Source: a phage
Direction: 5' to 3' (one strand)
Length of the DNA stretch: 64,000 bases
Assembly (NCBI GenBank): GCA_018296565.1
Contig: GCA_018296565.1_3935.1
Part shown: piece by piece, positions 50,536-61,023 of the stretch
How positions within the stretch are numbered: the stretch's first letter is position 1
Layout of the letters: every line of letters starts with the position of its first letter
The notes under the pieces: generated by a model
Database searches by the model: none
What the model was told of the DNA's origin: nothing
What the model saw: the letters and a program-made list of their open reading frames with translations, nothing else
Position numbers and translations under genes: made by a program

Positions 50536-53067
50536 ATGGCAGATTACAAGTTGAGTGAATTAAACTCAATCGATACAATCCGTTCAGATGACCTTCTCCA
50601 TGTCAGGGTTAAAAAGAGACCTGAAATGCTTGGTGATGAAGACCGTCGAATGACCTATCAAGACTTCTTAGCATCTTTTAAACTTGAAAGATTTGTTCAG
50701 ATTGCTGGTAGCACTATGACGGGTGACTTAGGGATTGTTAAGTTACTTTATGGTGGTAAGGTAGTATTTAACCCAACAGGCTCTTCTGAGATTAATATTG
50801 GGGATGTTTTAAAGACTTTTAAAATCAATGCAAATGGCCTTAAACTAACTATTGCAGATGCTTCAAGGTCGGCAACCGTTTATCATACTCTGAATAAGCC
50901 AAGTCCTAATGAGCTTGGTATGAGAACTAATGAAGAGAATGATGCAAGATATGCAAGACTTGCTGTAAATAACACCTTTAGAGGCACTCAAGCTATCCTC
51001 TCTGACAATGAAGCACTCATTATCAAAAATATCACTCAAGGTGCTCCACTCTATCTTCGTGGTCAAGATGCAGATGGTACTAACAGATGGTATCTAGGTA
51101 ATGATAATAGGGGTACACATAATCTTGTATTAAAGAATGTAAAGTCCGACGTTTCAATTGCTATTTTAGAGAATTTGGTGACAGTCAACAGGACTCTTCA
51201 AATTGCTGGTCAAGTTCAACCTTCAAGTTTTGCTAACTTAGATGCTAGATATTTTACCCAGACAGTAGCTAATCAGAGGTTTGCACAGTTAGCTGGTAAT
51301 AACACATTTAGTGGCTCTAATATTTTCACTAATTTTGTTGTTAAGAAGAACGCTAATGCTATTACTCTGCAAAATGTAGATACAACTGCTGCTTTGTATA
51401 TCCAAGCAAGAAAATCAGATGGAGCTAATAAGTGGTACATTGGTAATGACGGTGATGAGAACATTGTAAACATCTATAACTATTTAGCAAAAACACAAAT
51501 CTCATTAGGCAACACCATTACCATGAGCAGAACAGTCCAAATTGGTGGTCAAGTTCAACCTTCTGATTGGGCTAACATTGACTCTAGATACATTCCAGCA
51601 GCTACTTTGAGTAATCTTGCTAAAATTAATGTGGCAAACACTTTTACAAATGTGCAGACTATTGTATCTAACAATGAAGGTCTAGTATTAAGGAACTTAA
51701 CACAGGGACAGCCACAATATATCCGTGGTGTTGATACTGAGAATGTTTCTAGGTGGTGGTTAGGTATCGGTGGTCCAAACTCTAATGTGGTAACACTGAA
51801 CAACAACTATTCTGACACTAAAATCTCACTTGGTGGCTCATCAGTAATGACTAATAAGAGTTTAGCTATTACTGGTCAAGTTCAGCCTTCAGATTGGTCT
51901 AACTTGGATGCTAGATACTTCACTCAAAGTGCTAGTGACGAGAGATATTTAAGAATCAGAAGCACAGGATTTAATTTAGGAAACGGTGAAAAGTGGGTTA
52001 AAATTGCTACTGTTGTGATGCCGCAATCAGCATCAACGGCAGTTATTGAGGTTTTTGGTGGCGCAGGGTTTAATATCAATACGCCAAACCAAGCAGGGAA
52101 GTGTGAGATTGTTTTACGAACATCAAATGGCAACCCAAAAGGTTTAAATGCCGTAGCTTGGAAAATCGCTGAGAATAACATCGTCAATGATATTGGTTAT
52201 GTGAATACGTCTGGTGACACTTATGATATTTACTGTCGAGTTGGTTCGTACCAAAACGGTACAACATCAAGAGTTCAATCTTCTAGCAATGCAAGTGTGC
52301 AGTTGTTTGAAGTCCCACAAACATCTGATGATGCTCCACAAGGTATTGTAAAGGGTACAATCGCAAAATACTACACTAGTTTGCAAAAACCAACCCCTTC
52401 AGATATTGGTGCATACACTAAAGCAGAGACTGACCAGAAAATTGCAGAAGCAATTAGTGACTCTACAGACCTTAATAAAATCTATCCAGTAGGTATTGTA
52501 ACGTGGTTTAACAGCAATGTTGACCCTAATACAGCACTTCCTGGGTTAACTTGGACGTACCTTAACAACGGTGTTGGTAGAACTATCAGAATCGCAGCAG
52601 CAAACGGTTCAGATGTTGCTACAACAGGCGGCTCAGATTCTGTGACGTTAGCTGTTGGTAACTTACCATCACATACCCATAGTTTCTCTGCTACCACTTC
52701 ATCTTTTGATTATGGTACGAAGAACACTAATGGTACTGGTGCACACACTCACTCAGTTAGTGGTACTGCTGCAACTTCTGGGCAACACGCACACAGAATT
52801 TCACAGGGTGACAACGCTAACGTTTCATCAGGTAGAGTCGCGTCTTCAAACTCTAGACAGACCCATGTTGGTTGGACTGAAAATGATGGTGCGCACACTC
52901 ACTCAGTCAGTGGTACTGCTGCATCTGCTGGCGACCATGCTCACTCTGTAGGTATTGGTGCTCACAGTCACACAGTTAGTGGTAACACTGGTGGCACAGG
53001 TTCTGGTTCAGCATTTAGTGTCACTAACCAGTTCTACAAGTTGATGGCTTGGGTGAGAACTGCTTAA
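50536..53067 (+). CDS. large tail fibre protein with internal repeats and C-terminal His-x-His domain
   Basis: Three internal repeats around I[AT]GQVQPS[SD][FW][AS]N[LI]D[AS]RY; C-terminus PSHTHSFSA...GAHTHSVSG...GDHAHSVGIGAHSHTVSG...WVRTA paralogous to the 49317 product. Confidence 0.6.
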   Translation: MADYKLSELNSIDTIRSDDLLHVRVKKRPEMLGDEDRRMTYQDFLASFKLERFVQIAGSTMTGDLGIVKLLYGGKVVFNPTGSSEINIGDVLKTFKINANGLKLTIADASRSATVYHTLNKPSPNELGMRTNEENDARYARLAVNNTFRGTQAILSDNEALIIKNITQGAPLYLRGQDADGTNRWYLGNDNRGTHNLVLKNVKSDVSIAILENLVTVNRTLQIAGQVQPSSFANLDARYFTQTVANQRFAQLAGNNTFSGSNIFTNFVVKKNANAITLQNVDTTAALYIQARKSDGANKWYIGNDGDENIVNIYNYLAKTQISLGNTITMSRTVQIGGQVQPSDWANIDSRYIPAATLSNLAKINVANTFTNVQTIVSNNEGLVLRNLTQGQPQYIRGVDTENVSRWWLGIGGPNSNVVTLNNNYSDTKISLGGSSVMTNKSLAITGQVQPSDWSNLDARYFTQSASDERYLRIRSTGFNLGNGEKWVKIATVVMPQSASTAVIEVFGGAGFNINTPNQAGKCEIVLRTSNGNPKGLNAVAWKIAENNIVNDIGYVNTSGDTYDIYCRVGSYQNGTTSRVQSSSNASVQLFEVPQTSDDAPQGIVKGTIAKYYTSLQKPTPSDIGAYTKAETDQKIAEAISDSTDLNKIYPVGIVTWFNSNVDPNTALPGLTWTYLNNGVGRTIRIAAANGSDVATTGGSDSVTLAVGNLPSHTHSFSATTSSFDYGTKNTNGTGAHTHSVSGTAATSGQHAHRISQGDNANVSSGRVASSNSRQTHVGWTENDGAHTHSVSGTAASAGDHAHSVGIGAHSHTVSGNTGGTGSGSAFSVTNQFYKLMAWVRTA

Positions 53068-53075
53068 TCCCTTGT

Positions 53076-53103
53076 TGACTGATTGTTAAGATGGTGTTAA
53101 TAT
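53076..53103 (+). promoter_or_regulatory. sigma70-like promoter
   Basis: TTGACT, 16 nt, TAATAT upstream of the 53147 ORF. Confidence 0.5.
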
Positions 53104-53146
53104 TCTTTATGGGTATTCTCACCATCTTGGCTGATGAGGTGATTAA

Positions 53147-53341
53147 ATGCCTACAATCCTAGCAATTCTTCTAAAAAATCTAGGTAGCTTCTTCTGGAAA
53201 CTCATTTTATCCCTTCTAAGTGAATACATGATTGAGAAAGTGTTCTTTAGGCTTGCAAGATACCTTGCGAGTAAAACAGACACACCTATTGATGATGAGT
53301 TCGTAGATAACTTAGAAAAAGCTTTTAAGGGGGAGAAATAA
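53147..53341 (+). CDS. small membrane protein (holin-like candidate)
   Basis: 64 aa with hydrophobic N-terminal helix ILAILLKNLGSFFWKLILSLL and charged C-terminus. Confidence 0.35.
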   Translation: MPTILAILLKNLGSFFWKLILSLLSEYMIEKVFFRLARYLASKTDTPIDDEFVDNLEKAFKGEK

Positions 53342-53713
53342 ATGAGGTGGCTAGAGGAAGCTTTTAAAAATAATATTGGTGCAATTGTAGTTGGTATTTT
53401 TAGTGTTATTGGAATGTATACCACCATGCAAGTTTCGGATGGTAAGCAAGAGGTGTCTATCACAACAAAATTACAGCAGCTAGATAATTACAGTAAATCT
53501 AATTACTCAGCTATTCGTGATTTACAGTCTGACATGAGATTGCTTCAGTTAGGGATGGAGAACCAGAAAGTTCAGTTAGAGAATGTTAAGGGTGAGAACG
53601 CAAAACTTACTAAAACTCTTGATAAATTCTCTGACAGTGTGAACAATCTGGCTCAATCGGTATCAGCCTTGCAAGCTATTACTGAAAAGAACACAAAGAA
53701 TACTGGAAAATAA
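53342..53713 (+). CDS. membrane-anchored coiled-coil protein
   Basis: N-terminal hydrophobic segment IGAIVVGIFSVIGMY then Gln/Leu-rich helical region. Confidence 0.4.
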   Translation: MRWLEEAFKNNIGAIVVGIFSVIGMYTTMQVSDGKQEVSITTKLQQLDNYSKSNYSAIRDLQSDMRLLQLGMENQKVQLENVKGENAKLTKTLDKFSDSVNNLAQSVSALQAITEKNTKNTGK

Positions 53714-53720
53714 AATTTAA

Positions 53721-53747
53721 GGCTCCCGTAAAAAGGAGCCTTTTTTG
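53721..53747 (+). terminator. rho-independent terminator at convergence point
   Basis: ggctcccgtaaaaaggagcc followed by TTTTTT. Confidence 0.65.
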
Positions 53748-53749
53748 TT

Positions 53750-54649
53750 TTACTTACCTACTGATAAAGGTGCTTCAATCTTTCCTGCATGTTGGTAGTT
53801 GTTAATTCCACCGATAAAATCACTTGCAGTGAGATGTTTTAAGTCGCTTAAAGTATTAAGTGGTAAACCAATCTCAAAAGTTGGTGCATGGAACTCTTCA
53901 TTGTTCATCAGTTCATAAACCTGCTTCATATGATTCTGATAAATCTGAGTATCTCCAAAGACACCTATCAAGTACCGTGGAGTATATCCAGTCATCTTAC
54001 AAAGAACTTCCAGAATAAAACCATAAGACGCAATGTTAAATGGAAGTCCTAAAAAGGTGTCTACAGAACGCTGATACCATTGCAAATCTACTTCACCTTC
54101 GTTGGTGATATAAATCTGAAACAGAACATGACAAGGTGCTAAAGCCATCGAGTTTGCTGCAATATCTGCTGCATTCCAAGCATTAACAAGCATGTAACGG
54201 TCTGTAATATCACCCTTCATCTTCGTTACTAAGGTTTCTAACTGGTCTACAACACAACCATTATGGCCTTCAAAGTTTCTCCACTGAACCCCATAGATTC
54301 TCCCACCTGCATCTTCTAACCAATCTTGTTCAGAAGAATAATTAGAGCTTAACCAGCGTTTAAAATCATCTGACCAGATTGTCCAACGCTCTCCATCATT
54401 TTCACCCCAAGTGCGGTAACGAAGTTCGCCAAGTTTATTCTCACCATTCAGGAACCATAAAGCTTCCCCAATAACTTGCCGTGTAAACACCTGTTTAGAT
54501 GTTAAAAGCGGGAAACCAGTTCGCATATCAAAGTGAAACTTAGGTGGAGCGAATGCAGAGATAACATCTCCAGTTCGTGTAGTACGCAGTTCACCAACGG
54601 ATAAAACATGGTTCAGGATATTTTTGTAACTTGTATCTGCTTGCGACAT
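53750..54649 (-). CDS. thyA: thymidylate synthase
   Basis: MALAPCHVLFQ catalytic Cys motif and YQRSVDTFLGLPFNIASY closely resemble ThyA. Confidence 0.8.
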   Translation of the reverse strand: MSQADTSYKNILNHVLSVGELRTTRTGDVISAFAPPKFHFDMRTGFPLLTSKQVFTRQVIGEALWFLNGENKLGELRYRTWGENDGERWTIWSDDFKRWLSSNYSSEQDWLEDAGGRIYGVQWRNFEGHNGCVVDQLETLVTKMKGDITDRYMLVNAWNAADIAANSMALAPCHVLFQIYITNEGEVDLQWYQRSVDTFLGLPFNIASYGFILEVLCKMTGYTPRYLIGVFGDTQIYQNHMKQVYELMNNEEFHAPTFEIGLPLNTLSDLKHLTASDFIGGINNYQHAGKIEAPLSVGK

Positions 54650-54650
54650 A

Positions 54651-55196
54651 TCAAAAGTGTCCTTTTACTTGTGGAACATAAATTTCAAAGGTTGCTTTAC
54701 CATCCTCTGATGGTTTCGACTGTACCTTTGTAAATACACGGCTATCATACAGTTTATCGAAGAAGTTTTCAAAAGGTAAATGCACAGTGGCCTCTTCAGT
54801 AACTCTATGGAAAACTGTATGGAAAACTACACCAGCATATGGTAAAGCATTGACAAGGACACCTGCACCACCAATTACAAAGACATCTTCATCAATAGAG
54901 CTATCAAGATAGTTCAAAAATGCTCCAAAGGATTCTTTACTGGCCTTAGCATACATTACATCATCTTTGCCAAAATCTATGCCTAAATATGGTACAGAAT
55001 TTGTTAAGATTAGGTTTGCACGTTCTGGTAAAGGCTTACTCCCCAGAGTCTTGAAAGTCTCGTTACCCATCACTACTAAGTTGTTTTTAGTAAGTCTCTT
55101 AAACTCTTGCATATCCTGTTTATGTCGAGGCCACGGCATACCAGTTGGAGTACCAAATTCACCGTTTTCACCACTTGCGAATATTAGCTTAATCAT
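54651..55196 (-). CDS. folA: dihydrofolate reductase
   Basis: GMPWPRHKQDMQEFKRLT...VVMGNETFKTLGSKPLPERANLILT matches DHFR N-terminal signature; adjacent to thymidylate synthase. Confidence 0.7.
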   Translation of the reverse strand: MIKLIFASGENGEFGTPTGMPWPRHKQDMQEFKRLTKNNLVVMGNETFKTLGSKPLPERANLILTNSVPYLGIDFGKDDVMYAKASKESFGAFLNYLDSSIDEDVFVIGGAGVLVNALPYAGVVFHTVFHRVTEEATVHLPFENFFDKLYDSRVFTKVQSKPSEDGKATFEIYVPQVKGHF

Positions 55197-55453
55197 TTTG
55201 TAAACCCTTTCTTAATGAACCAGTTGATGACACTCTTCACAACTTTACTACGATGGTAGATAAAATGTGGAGAGGGTTGGTATGAACCATAAGCCCAGAA
55301 AGCGATAATTTCATTACACCCTGTGCATCGGGTACTTTCTTCAGCAATATGACCGTTGACTATTTCACTCACCTCACCTTGTAAGTCTGTACATCCACAA
55401 TGTGGACAACGGATAGGTGTTCCATCAGACTCATAGCAGTGTTCAATTTTCAT
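55193..55453 (-). CDS. hypothetical zinc-ribbon protein
   Basis: CPHCGC ... CTGC cysteine pairs. Confidence 0.45.
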   Translation of the reverse strand: MKIEHCYESDGTPIRCPHCGCTDLQGEVSEIVNGHIAEESTRCTGCNEIIAFWAYGSYQPSPHFIYHRSKVVKSVINWFIKKGFTK

Positions 55454-55969
55454 CTATTTAACCTCAAAAACTGGCTCAAGAACCAATATAAAGTCTACAC
55501 AGTCATCTTCTTCATCCAGAATACCATCAAAGTTCTTAGGAACGAAGTCGAAGAGGCTCATAACAAAACAGTCAGAAGTAACCCTTATAGTGCCTCCCAT
55601 ATTCTCTACAGTCAACACTGTACGGCTTTCTTTTACCTCTCTCAGAAGATTACTCACAAAGTCATCTAAGAAGTACTTCATCAGTGACTTAAAACCTTTA
55701 GGGTAATCTGTACCGGAGTATGTTTCAATCTGAGGAACAAGCTTAACATTTATACTAGTCTTTGTTAAGAACGTATTAGAGAACATACTATCAGGTAACT
55801 TGCAAACAGTCTTTCCAGTACCTTCATGTTCAATCTCAACAAAACCAGCTTCATCGCCACACGTAACTATTTTAAAAGATGCTTCATTCTCATACTGTGA
55901 AGCCATAAACTTTTTAAGCATTTCTTTAAGGAAATCTGCATGAGCATCTTGTAAGTAGATATCAATCAT
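55454..55969 (-). CDS. hypothetical protein
   Basis: ORF, 171 aa. Confidence 0.5.
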   Translation of the reverse strand: MIDIYLQDAHADFLKEMLKKFMASQYENEASFKIVTCGDEAGFVEIEHEGTGKTVCKLPDSMFSNTFLTKTSINVKLVPQIETYSGTDYPKGFKSLMKYFLDDFVSNLLREVKESRTVLTVENMGGTIRVTSDCFVMSLFDFVPKNFDGILDEEDDCVDFILVLEPVFEVK

Positions 55970-55982
55970 AGTTAATCACCTA

Positions 55983-56342
55983 TTATGGGAACAAGCACTT
56001 AATGTCATCATTTTTGAAAACAAAACTTGTGTAGTTATGACCATCAACATCCAGCCAAACAGCCTGAACATCTACACCATCAAGGTTGTGGTAAAGCTCT
56101 TTGATGAAGTGGTCTTTTACAATCTGGCTGCTAGTTGTTTCCAGCTTAATGTTTGAGATTGCTGAACCTACAGCCATATAGCCCATGACACGTTTCTTCT
56201 CAGTATGCTTAATCTTACCATCTTTGTAAGCCATAATGAGATTGGAGAGAATCTTCACACCATAATACTTTTCAAGGTGAGTAGGTACACCATAAAAGCC
56301 TAATGCAAAGTTTTCAGAGTGGATAATGTTTTCACGTTTCAT
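55983..56342 (-). CDS. hypothetical protein
   Basis: ORF, 119 aa. Confidence 0.5.
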   Translation of the reverse strand: MKRENIIHSENFALGFYGVPTHLEKYYGVKILSNLIMAYKDGKIKHTEKKRVMGYMAVGSAISNIKLETTSSQIVKDHFIKELYHNLDGVDVQAVWLDVDGHNYTSFVFKNDDIKCLFP

Positions 56343-56343
56343 A

Positions 56344-56673
56344 TTAATCTGCCAACCTTAAATTAAAATTAACACCAAATTTTTCACAGACACCCAACAT
56401 ATACTCAAGAGAGACATTCCCAGTGAGGTGGATTATGTTGGATACACGAGCTTGAGAGATACCACAAATTTTAGCAACTTGCTCTTGAGAAAGACCTCTG
56501 GATTTAATCTCTCTCTTAAAACGATGTGCAACGAAATCCCTCATCTCGTCTACATCCATTGGACAAATATAACTCTCCATTTCAGCCTCTCTATCAGCCT
56601 CCCAATCATCTTGTGGAGCATAAGGGTCAAAAACCTCATTCATCTTTCTTCTTCCGTTTACGTGAAGTATCAA
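56344..56673 (-). CDS. helix-turn-helix DNA-binding protein (XRE-like)
   Basis: LSQEQVAKICGISQARVSNI resembles an XRE-type HTH. Confidence 0.5.
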   Translation of the reverse strand: MILHVNGRRKMNEVFDPYAPQDDWEADREAEMESYICPMDVDEMRDFVAHRFKREIKSRGLSQEQVAKICGISQARVSNIIHLTGNVSLEYMLGVCEKFGVNFNLRLAD

Positions 56674-56848
56674 TTAATGAGTCTATGTTTGTAGCTCTGA
56701 CCTTTTCACGTTCATCATTAAGATAATCGTCAAGAGCCTTTTCAATCTGTGAATCATCCTGACAGATGACTGTAAAGACTGTAAAGCCGTCTGTATCGTC
56801 AATTATCTTACCATAACCGCTTCTGGGATGTAACTTTTTAAGAGCCAT
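56636..56848 (-). CDS. hypothetical small protein
   Basis: ORF, 70 aa. Confidence 0.4.
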   Translation of the reverse strand: MALKKLHPRSGYGKIIDDTDGFTVFTVICQDDSQIEKALDDYLNDEREKVRATNIDSLIDTSRKRKKKDE

Positions 56849-56849
56849 A

Positions 56850-57233
56850 TCAAATACCTGTGCAGCTTCTGTTTTCTAAGAAATACTCAACACCATACAT
56901 AGCTTTTTGCATCAAATCTTCTTTAAACTGGATACGATGATTGAGCATAGCCTGTACATCAATATCATCAGGGTGCTTCTCTTTAATATTTGCAGATTGC
57001 AGGAAATACTCTGCAAGAACACGATACTGATAGTCAGTTACCTTATCAGTCATCTCTGTTAAAGACTCTTCAGAGATTGGTTTAAGCAACTCACCTTTAG
57101 ATAGAGCAACACCTTTAACAATCTGGCAAGTGTCTTCTGGAACACCTGATAAGTCCACATTTGGAAGTTCTGTTGCATTGACTGGTAAATTCATTGCCAT
57201 AACCGTTGCAGCAGCTAATAAAATCTTTTTCAT
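56850..57233 (-). CDS. hypothetical secreted protein
   Basis: N-terminal signal-like MKKILLAAATVMAMNLPVNA. Confidence 0.5.
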   Translation of the reverse strand: MKKILLAAATVMAMNLPVNATELPNVDLSGVPEDTCQIVKGVALSKGELLKPISEESLTEMTDKVTDYQYRVLAEYFLQSANIKEKHPDDIDVQAMLNHRIQFKEDLMQKAMYGVEYFLENRSCTGI

Positions 57234-57339
57234 AATGACCTCAAAGTTATATTAAATTTTGTATTACGTTGAGTATAAAAATAAGCTATAACACCTGACT
57301 TGTCAACAGATTTTATAGCTTATTTGGCAGATTTTTTAT

Positions 57340-57600
57340 AAGGCTACTGCCATCCTTCCATACCAAACCGTTCCCAACCCAACCCTACAGCACCGAGCCA
57401 AACCCTACCGAACCGTGCCTAACCTGACCTAACCGTACCTTACCAAACATCGCTTAAAAACCCTCTTAGAAGACGCTTAAGTGATGTAATCGAATTTTAA
57501 TGTAGCTCCGATTAACTACCCATACCTGACCTAACCTGACCTAACCGAACCGAACCAAACCCTACCCCGCCTCACTGTACCTCATTAAAAGACCCTGTTT
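57340..57600. repeat. strand-biased ACC-rich short-repeat block R1 with conserved hairpin motif
   Basis: Plus strand nearly devoid of G over more than 100 nt (ccaaacc, ctaacc, tgacc units); shares three sequence modules with R2. Confidence 0.65.
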
Positions 57601-57610
57601 AAAGACCTTT

Positions 57611-57634
57611 TAAAAAGGAGCCTCCGAAGAGGCT
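57611..57634 (-). terminator. terminator-like hairpin (minus strand) downstream of the 57646-58086 gene
   Basis: agcctccgaagaggct hairpin followed by T-run on minus strand. Confidence 0.45.
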
Positions 57635-57645
57635 ACCTAGTCAAC

Positions 57646-58086
57646 TTAGAAAGGTTTTCTACGTTGCTTGTTAATGTTAGCTTTCATAGCAGCTAAATGG
57701 TTTTGCTGTTCAATCAGTCGTGAGCGTTCTTGATGGCTAAGTGCCATAGTGTTCACATTCTCAATCGCTTGAGTGGCTTGCTTTAAAGCTCGACCAATCT
57801 TACCAGACATTTTACGTTTTGCAATAGTTGCTTGATGCTTAGGTTCAACCACACGATAACCAACACCCATTGAAGCAACCAGATAAATCTTCTCTTCTTT
57901 AAGAAGCTTCTCAATAAACTTCTCAAGTCGGTTTAGACGTGTAAGCGCATAAGCCTTCATTTCATCTTCGTACTTAACAATGTCACCTTGATAAGTTGGC
58001 TTCACAATACCTAAGAAGGTATCCATCTCAGAGTGTGATACAGTGTCACCGTAACTAAACTTTGCTGCTAATGCTTTTGTATTCAT
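57646..58086 (-). CDS. hypothetical protein
   Basis: ORF, 146 aa. Confidence 0.5.
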   Translation of the reverse strand: MNTKALAAKFSYGDTVSHSEMDTFLGIVKPTYQGDIVKYEDEMKAYALTRLNRLEKFIEKLLKEEKIYLVASMGVGYRVVEPKHQATIAKRKMSGKIGRALKQATQAIENVNTMALSHQERSRLIEQQNHLAAMKANINKQRRKPF

Positions 58087-58088
58087 AA

Positions 58089-58694
<606 letters not shown>

Positions 58695-58739
58695 TTAGTT
58701 GATTGTTAAGTTGTTTGTAAAGAACCCTCAACAGAAGAC

Positions 58740-59100
58740 TCTTTAGAAACTTGGTAGATTTTTAATGTGGCTACTACCATCCACCCATACCAGACCTAAC
58801 TACACCTCACCCCACCTGACCCATACCTCGCATTACCATACCAAACCAGACCCTACCTCATTAAAAAACCCTCTTAAAGACCTTTTAAAAAGGTAAGTCT
58901 CATTTTAATGTAGCTGAGACTAACTACCCGCACTTTACCGCACCGGACCTTACCGGACCGCACATCACCGCACTAAACCAGACATCACATTACCTGACCA
59001 CACCAAACCAAACATCACATTACTTAAAAACCCTCTTAGAAGACTCTTAAGTGATGCTGGTGAGTACCCGTTGGTTTATGCTGCTCAGTATACTCACCAA
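58740..59100. repeat. strand-biased ACC-rich short-repeat block R2, paralogous to R1
   Basis: Shares ttttaatgtagct hairpin loop, cattaaaa.accct.ttaaagaccttttaaaaagg and aaaaccctcttagaagac.cttaagtgatg modules with R1. Confidence 0.65.
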
Positions 59101-59121
59101 ATTTTCTATGTCAACAACTTT

Positions 59122-60255
59122 TTATTCGTAATCTCGAATAACTAACCCAACAGGGAACTGTAAAGAACCCTTACGAGTCATCTTCTGGAACTGAACAGTT
59201 AAAGGTTTCCCGATAAACTCTTCAGGATGTTCAGCAAGATACTGTTTCTTCTCATGAGTAGTCTTCCATGAGACATCTACAAAGACGTTAGGAAGAGTCT
59301 CTACGACGAACTTACCATGACCACGTTTATCAGTCTTTACACCAGTTACTTTAAACTCTTCAGTGTGCATCTTCTTGTGCTTAATCAAGAAGTATGAACG
59401 GTGACAACACTCATAGAAGGAGTCTTCAGAGATTGAACGGTACATTGCACCTTCAAACTTAGCTTCAACCCACTTATCATGAGCTTCATCAAACTCTTCC
59501 CAAGAGTTAACACGACGAGACTTAACAGGGACAACTTTACAGCCGTCTCTGAAGTCATTCAATGGTGAAGTCTCAATAATATCTCTACGCTCAGGCCACG
59601 TCTTAGCACTGTCACAGATATCATACCAGTAGAACTGGAGTAGATGTCGGTCTGGATTGTCAGCATTCTTAATCATAGACACAATATCTTCTAAGTCCCA
59701 ACCATGAGCATAAATCTCACCATCAAAGTCTTCGACTTGTGGATGTAATTTAAGCAACAAAAGCAAATCTGGGATTAGTTCTACTGGGACGTTGTAAACA
59801 GTATTCTCACGAGAATAAGCCGTGAAGCTAACTGAATCAGCATCTCTTGAAATTCTACAACGAACACCATCAAGTTTTGGTTGAGCATCAGCAGGGAACT
59901 TCAGATACTTTGCATGACTAACCTTTGCAGCATCATGAGCAAGCTGTACACCTACCTTCTCAGTATTCTGTGCAGACTCTTTTGTGTAAGCATAACCTTT
60001 ACGGTCAACTTGCTTTTTATACTTAGCAGCAACTTCAAAGAGAGCTTGCTGTTCAGCGTTACGCTCATTCTTTTTACCGATGTTTTTAGGTTCTGCTGTA
60101 TACTCTTCAAACATCATCTTGCCATTTTCTTTACCATAGGTTGTAATAACTTTGTCACCTACAGCGACACATGACCAGACGTTAAAAGAGCCATCTTTAT
60201 TTTGTTTGTATAGAATTGTCATTTTTATTCCTCTGAGTGATACCAAGTATTGCAA
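59122..60255 (-). CDS. ATP-dependent DNA ligase
   Basis: PKLDGVRCR matches ligase motif I (KxDGxR); size typical of phage ligases. Confidence 0.7.
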   Translation of the reverse strand: MQYLVSLRGIKMTILYKQNKDGSFNVWSCVAVGDKVITTYGKENGKMMFEEYTAEPKNIGKKNERNAEQQALFEVAAKYKKQVDRKGYAYTKESAQNTEKVGVQLAHDAAKVSHAKYLKFPADAQPKLDGVRCRISRDADSVSFTAYSRENTVYNVPVELIPDLLLLLKLHPQVEDFDGEIYAHGWDLEDIVSMIKNADNPDRHLLQFYWYDICDSAKTWPERRDIIETSPLNDFRDGCKVVPVKSRRVNSWEEFDEAHDKWVEAKFEGAMYRSISEDSFYECCHRSYFLIKHKKMHTEEFKVTGVKTDKRGHGKFVVETLPNVFVDVSWKTTHEKKQYLAEHPEEFIGKPLTVQFQKMTRKGSLQFPVGLVIRDYE

Positions 60256-60416
60256 GCATTACATGCGTAAAGCTCTAAGTCATTTTTATCCGGTTTATGA
60301 AAGCAGTTTGCTCCGCAGTGGCAACGGAATGGCTTTCCATCAACTGTCAGGGTGAATGATTGAATCTTCCCATCAGGAGTTCGTACAGCATTTTTATGCT
60401 TGTCTTCTTTGTTCAT
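60225..60416 (-). CDS. hypothetical Cys-rich small protein
   Basis: CHCGANC ... CNACN cysteine pattern. Confidence 0.4.
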   Translation of the reverse strand: MNKEDKHKNAVRTPDGKIQSFTLTVDGKPFRCHCGANCFHKPDKNDLELYACNACNTWYHSEE

Positions 60417-60718
60417 TTTCTCTTACCACCAATCTCTACGTCAATAACTTGAACATCACCAGCAACATCAAACTTATGAATGATGTTTTCCACAGTGTAA
60501 GTCCAACCCTCAATGCGAACCAATTCACCTTCTCGCGGTACGATTGGGTTACGTTGGGCCACGGTTGCAGTGGAATAAACAACATCGTAGCAGTAGATAT
60601 AGTGTACTAAAACTTGCATATTAGTCTCATCCATCAATAACAGTAGTGTGTGATTGACCATTTTTGCCATATCTATAAGATGTTGTTGTTTGAGAGTTTG
60701 GGCATCTGACAACAACAA
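60413..60718 (-). CDS. hypothetical protein
   Basis: ORF overlaps the lipoprotein gene by about 90 nt at its first Met, so true start is probably an internal Met. Confidence 0.4.
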   Translation of the reverse strand: MLLSDAQTLKQQHLIDMAKMVNHTLLLLMDETNMQVLVHYIYCYDVVYSTATVAQRNPIVPREGELVRIEGWTYTVENIIHKFDVAGDVQVIDVEIGGKRK

Positions 60719-60887
60719 TATCCCTGCTTATAGCATCCCCATTGAGTTTGTAGATTTTGCAGTCTTGCATCTCTGGAGGGAGGCTGTAAGAGGCATCTTT
60801 GTTTTCATAAGATGGGTTACAGCCAGCCAGAAAAATTACTCCAAGTGCAACCATTGCTTTCACACAACTCTTAACCTTATTGTTCAC
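60627..60887 (-). CDS. small lipoprotein
   Basis: Signal plus lipobox VIFLAGC. Confidence 0.5.
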   Translation of the reverse strand: MNNKVKSCVKAMVALGVIFLAGCNPSYENKDASYSLPPEMQDCKIYKLNGDAISRDIVVVRCPNSQTTTSYRYGKNGQSHTTVIDG

Positions 60888-61023
60888 GATAATCTACCTC
60901 TCTGTATGTTTTTAAATAGTGAGTGATGAGTTCTGGTAATTCACTACGTTTAACGTTTGAACGAAGAAGTGTCCAGTCAAAACCTTTACCAACCCTCCCC
61001 CAGAGACTGTACATTTTCTTCAT
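60880..61023 (-). CDS. hypothetical small protein (47 aa, below ORF-track cutoff)
   Basis: ATG overlaps stop of upstream gene (ATGA) and its stop overlaps the lipoprotein start; translated by hand. Confidence 0.3.
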
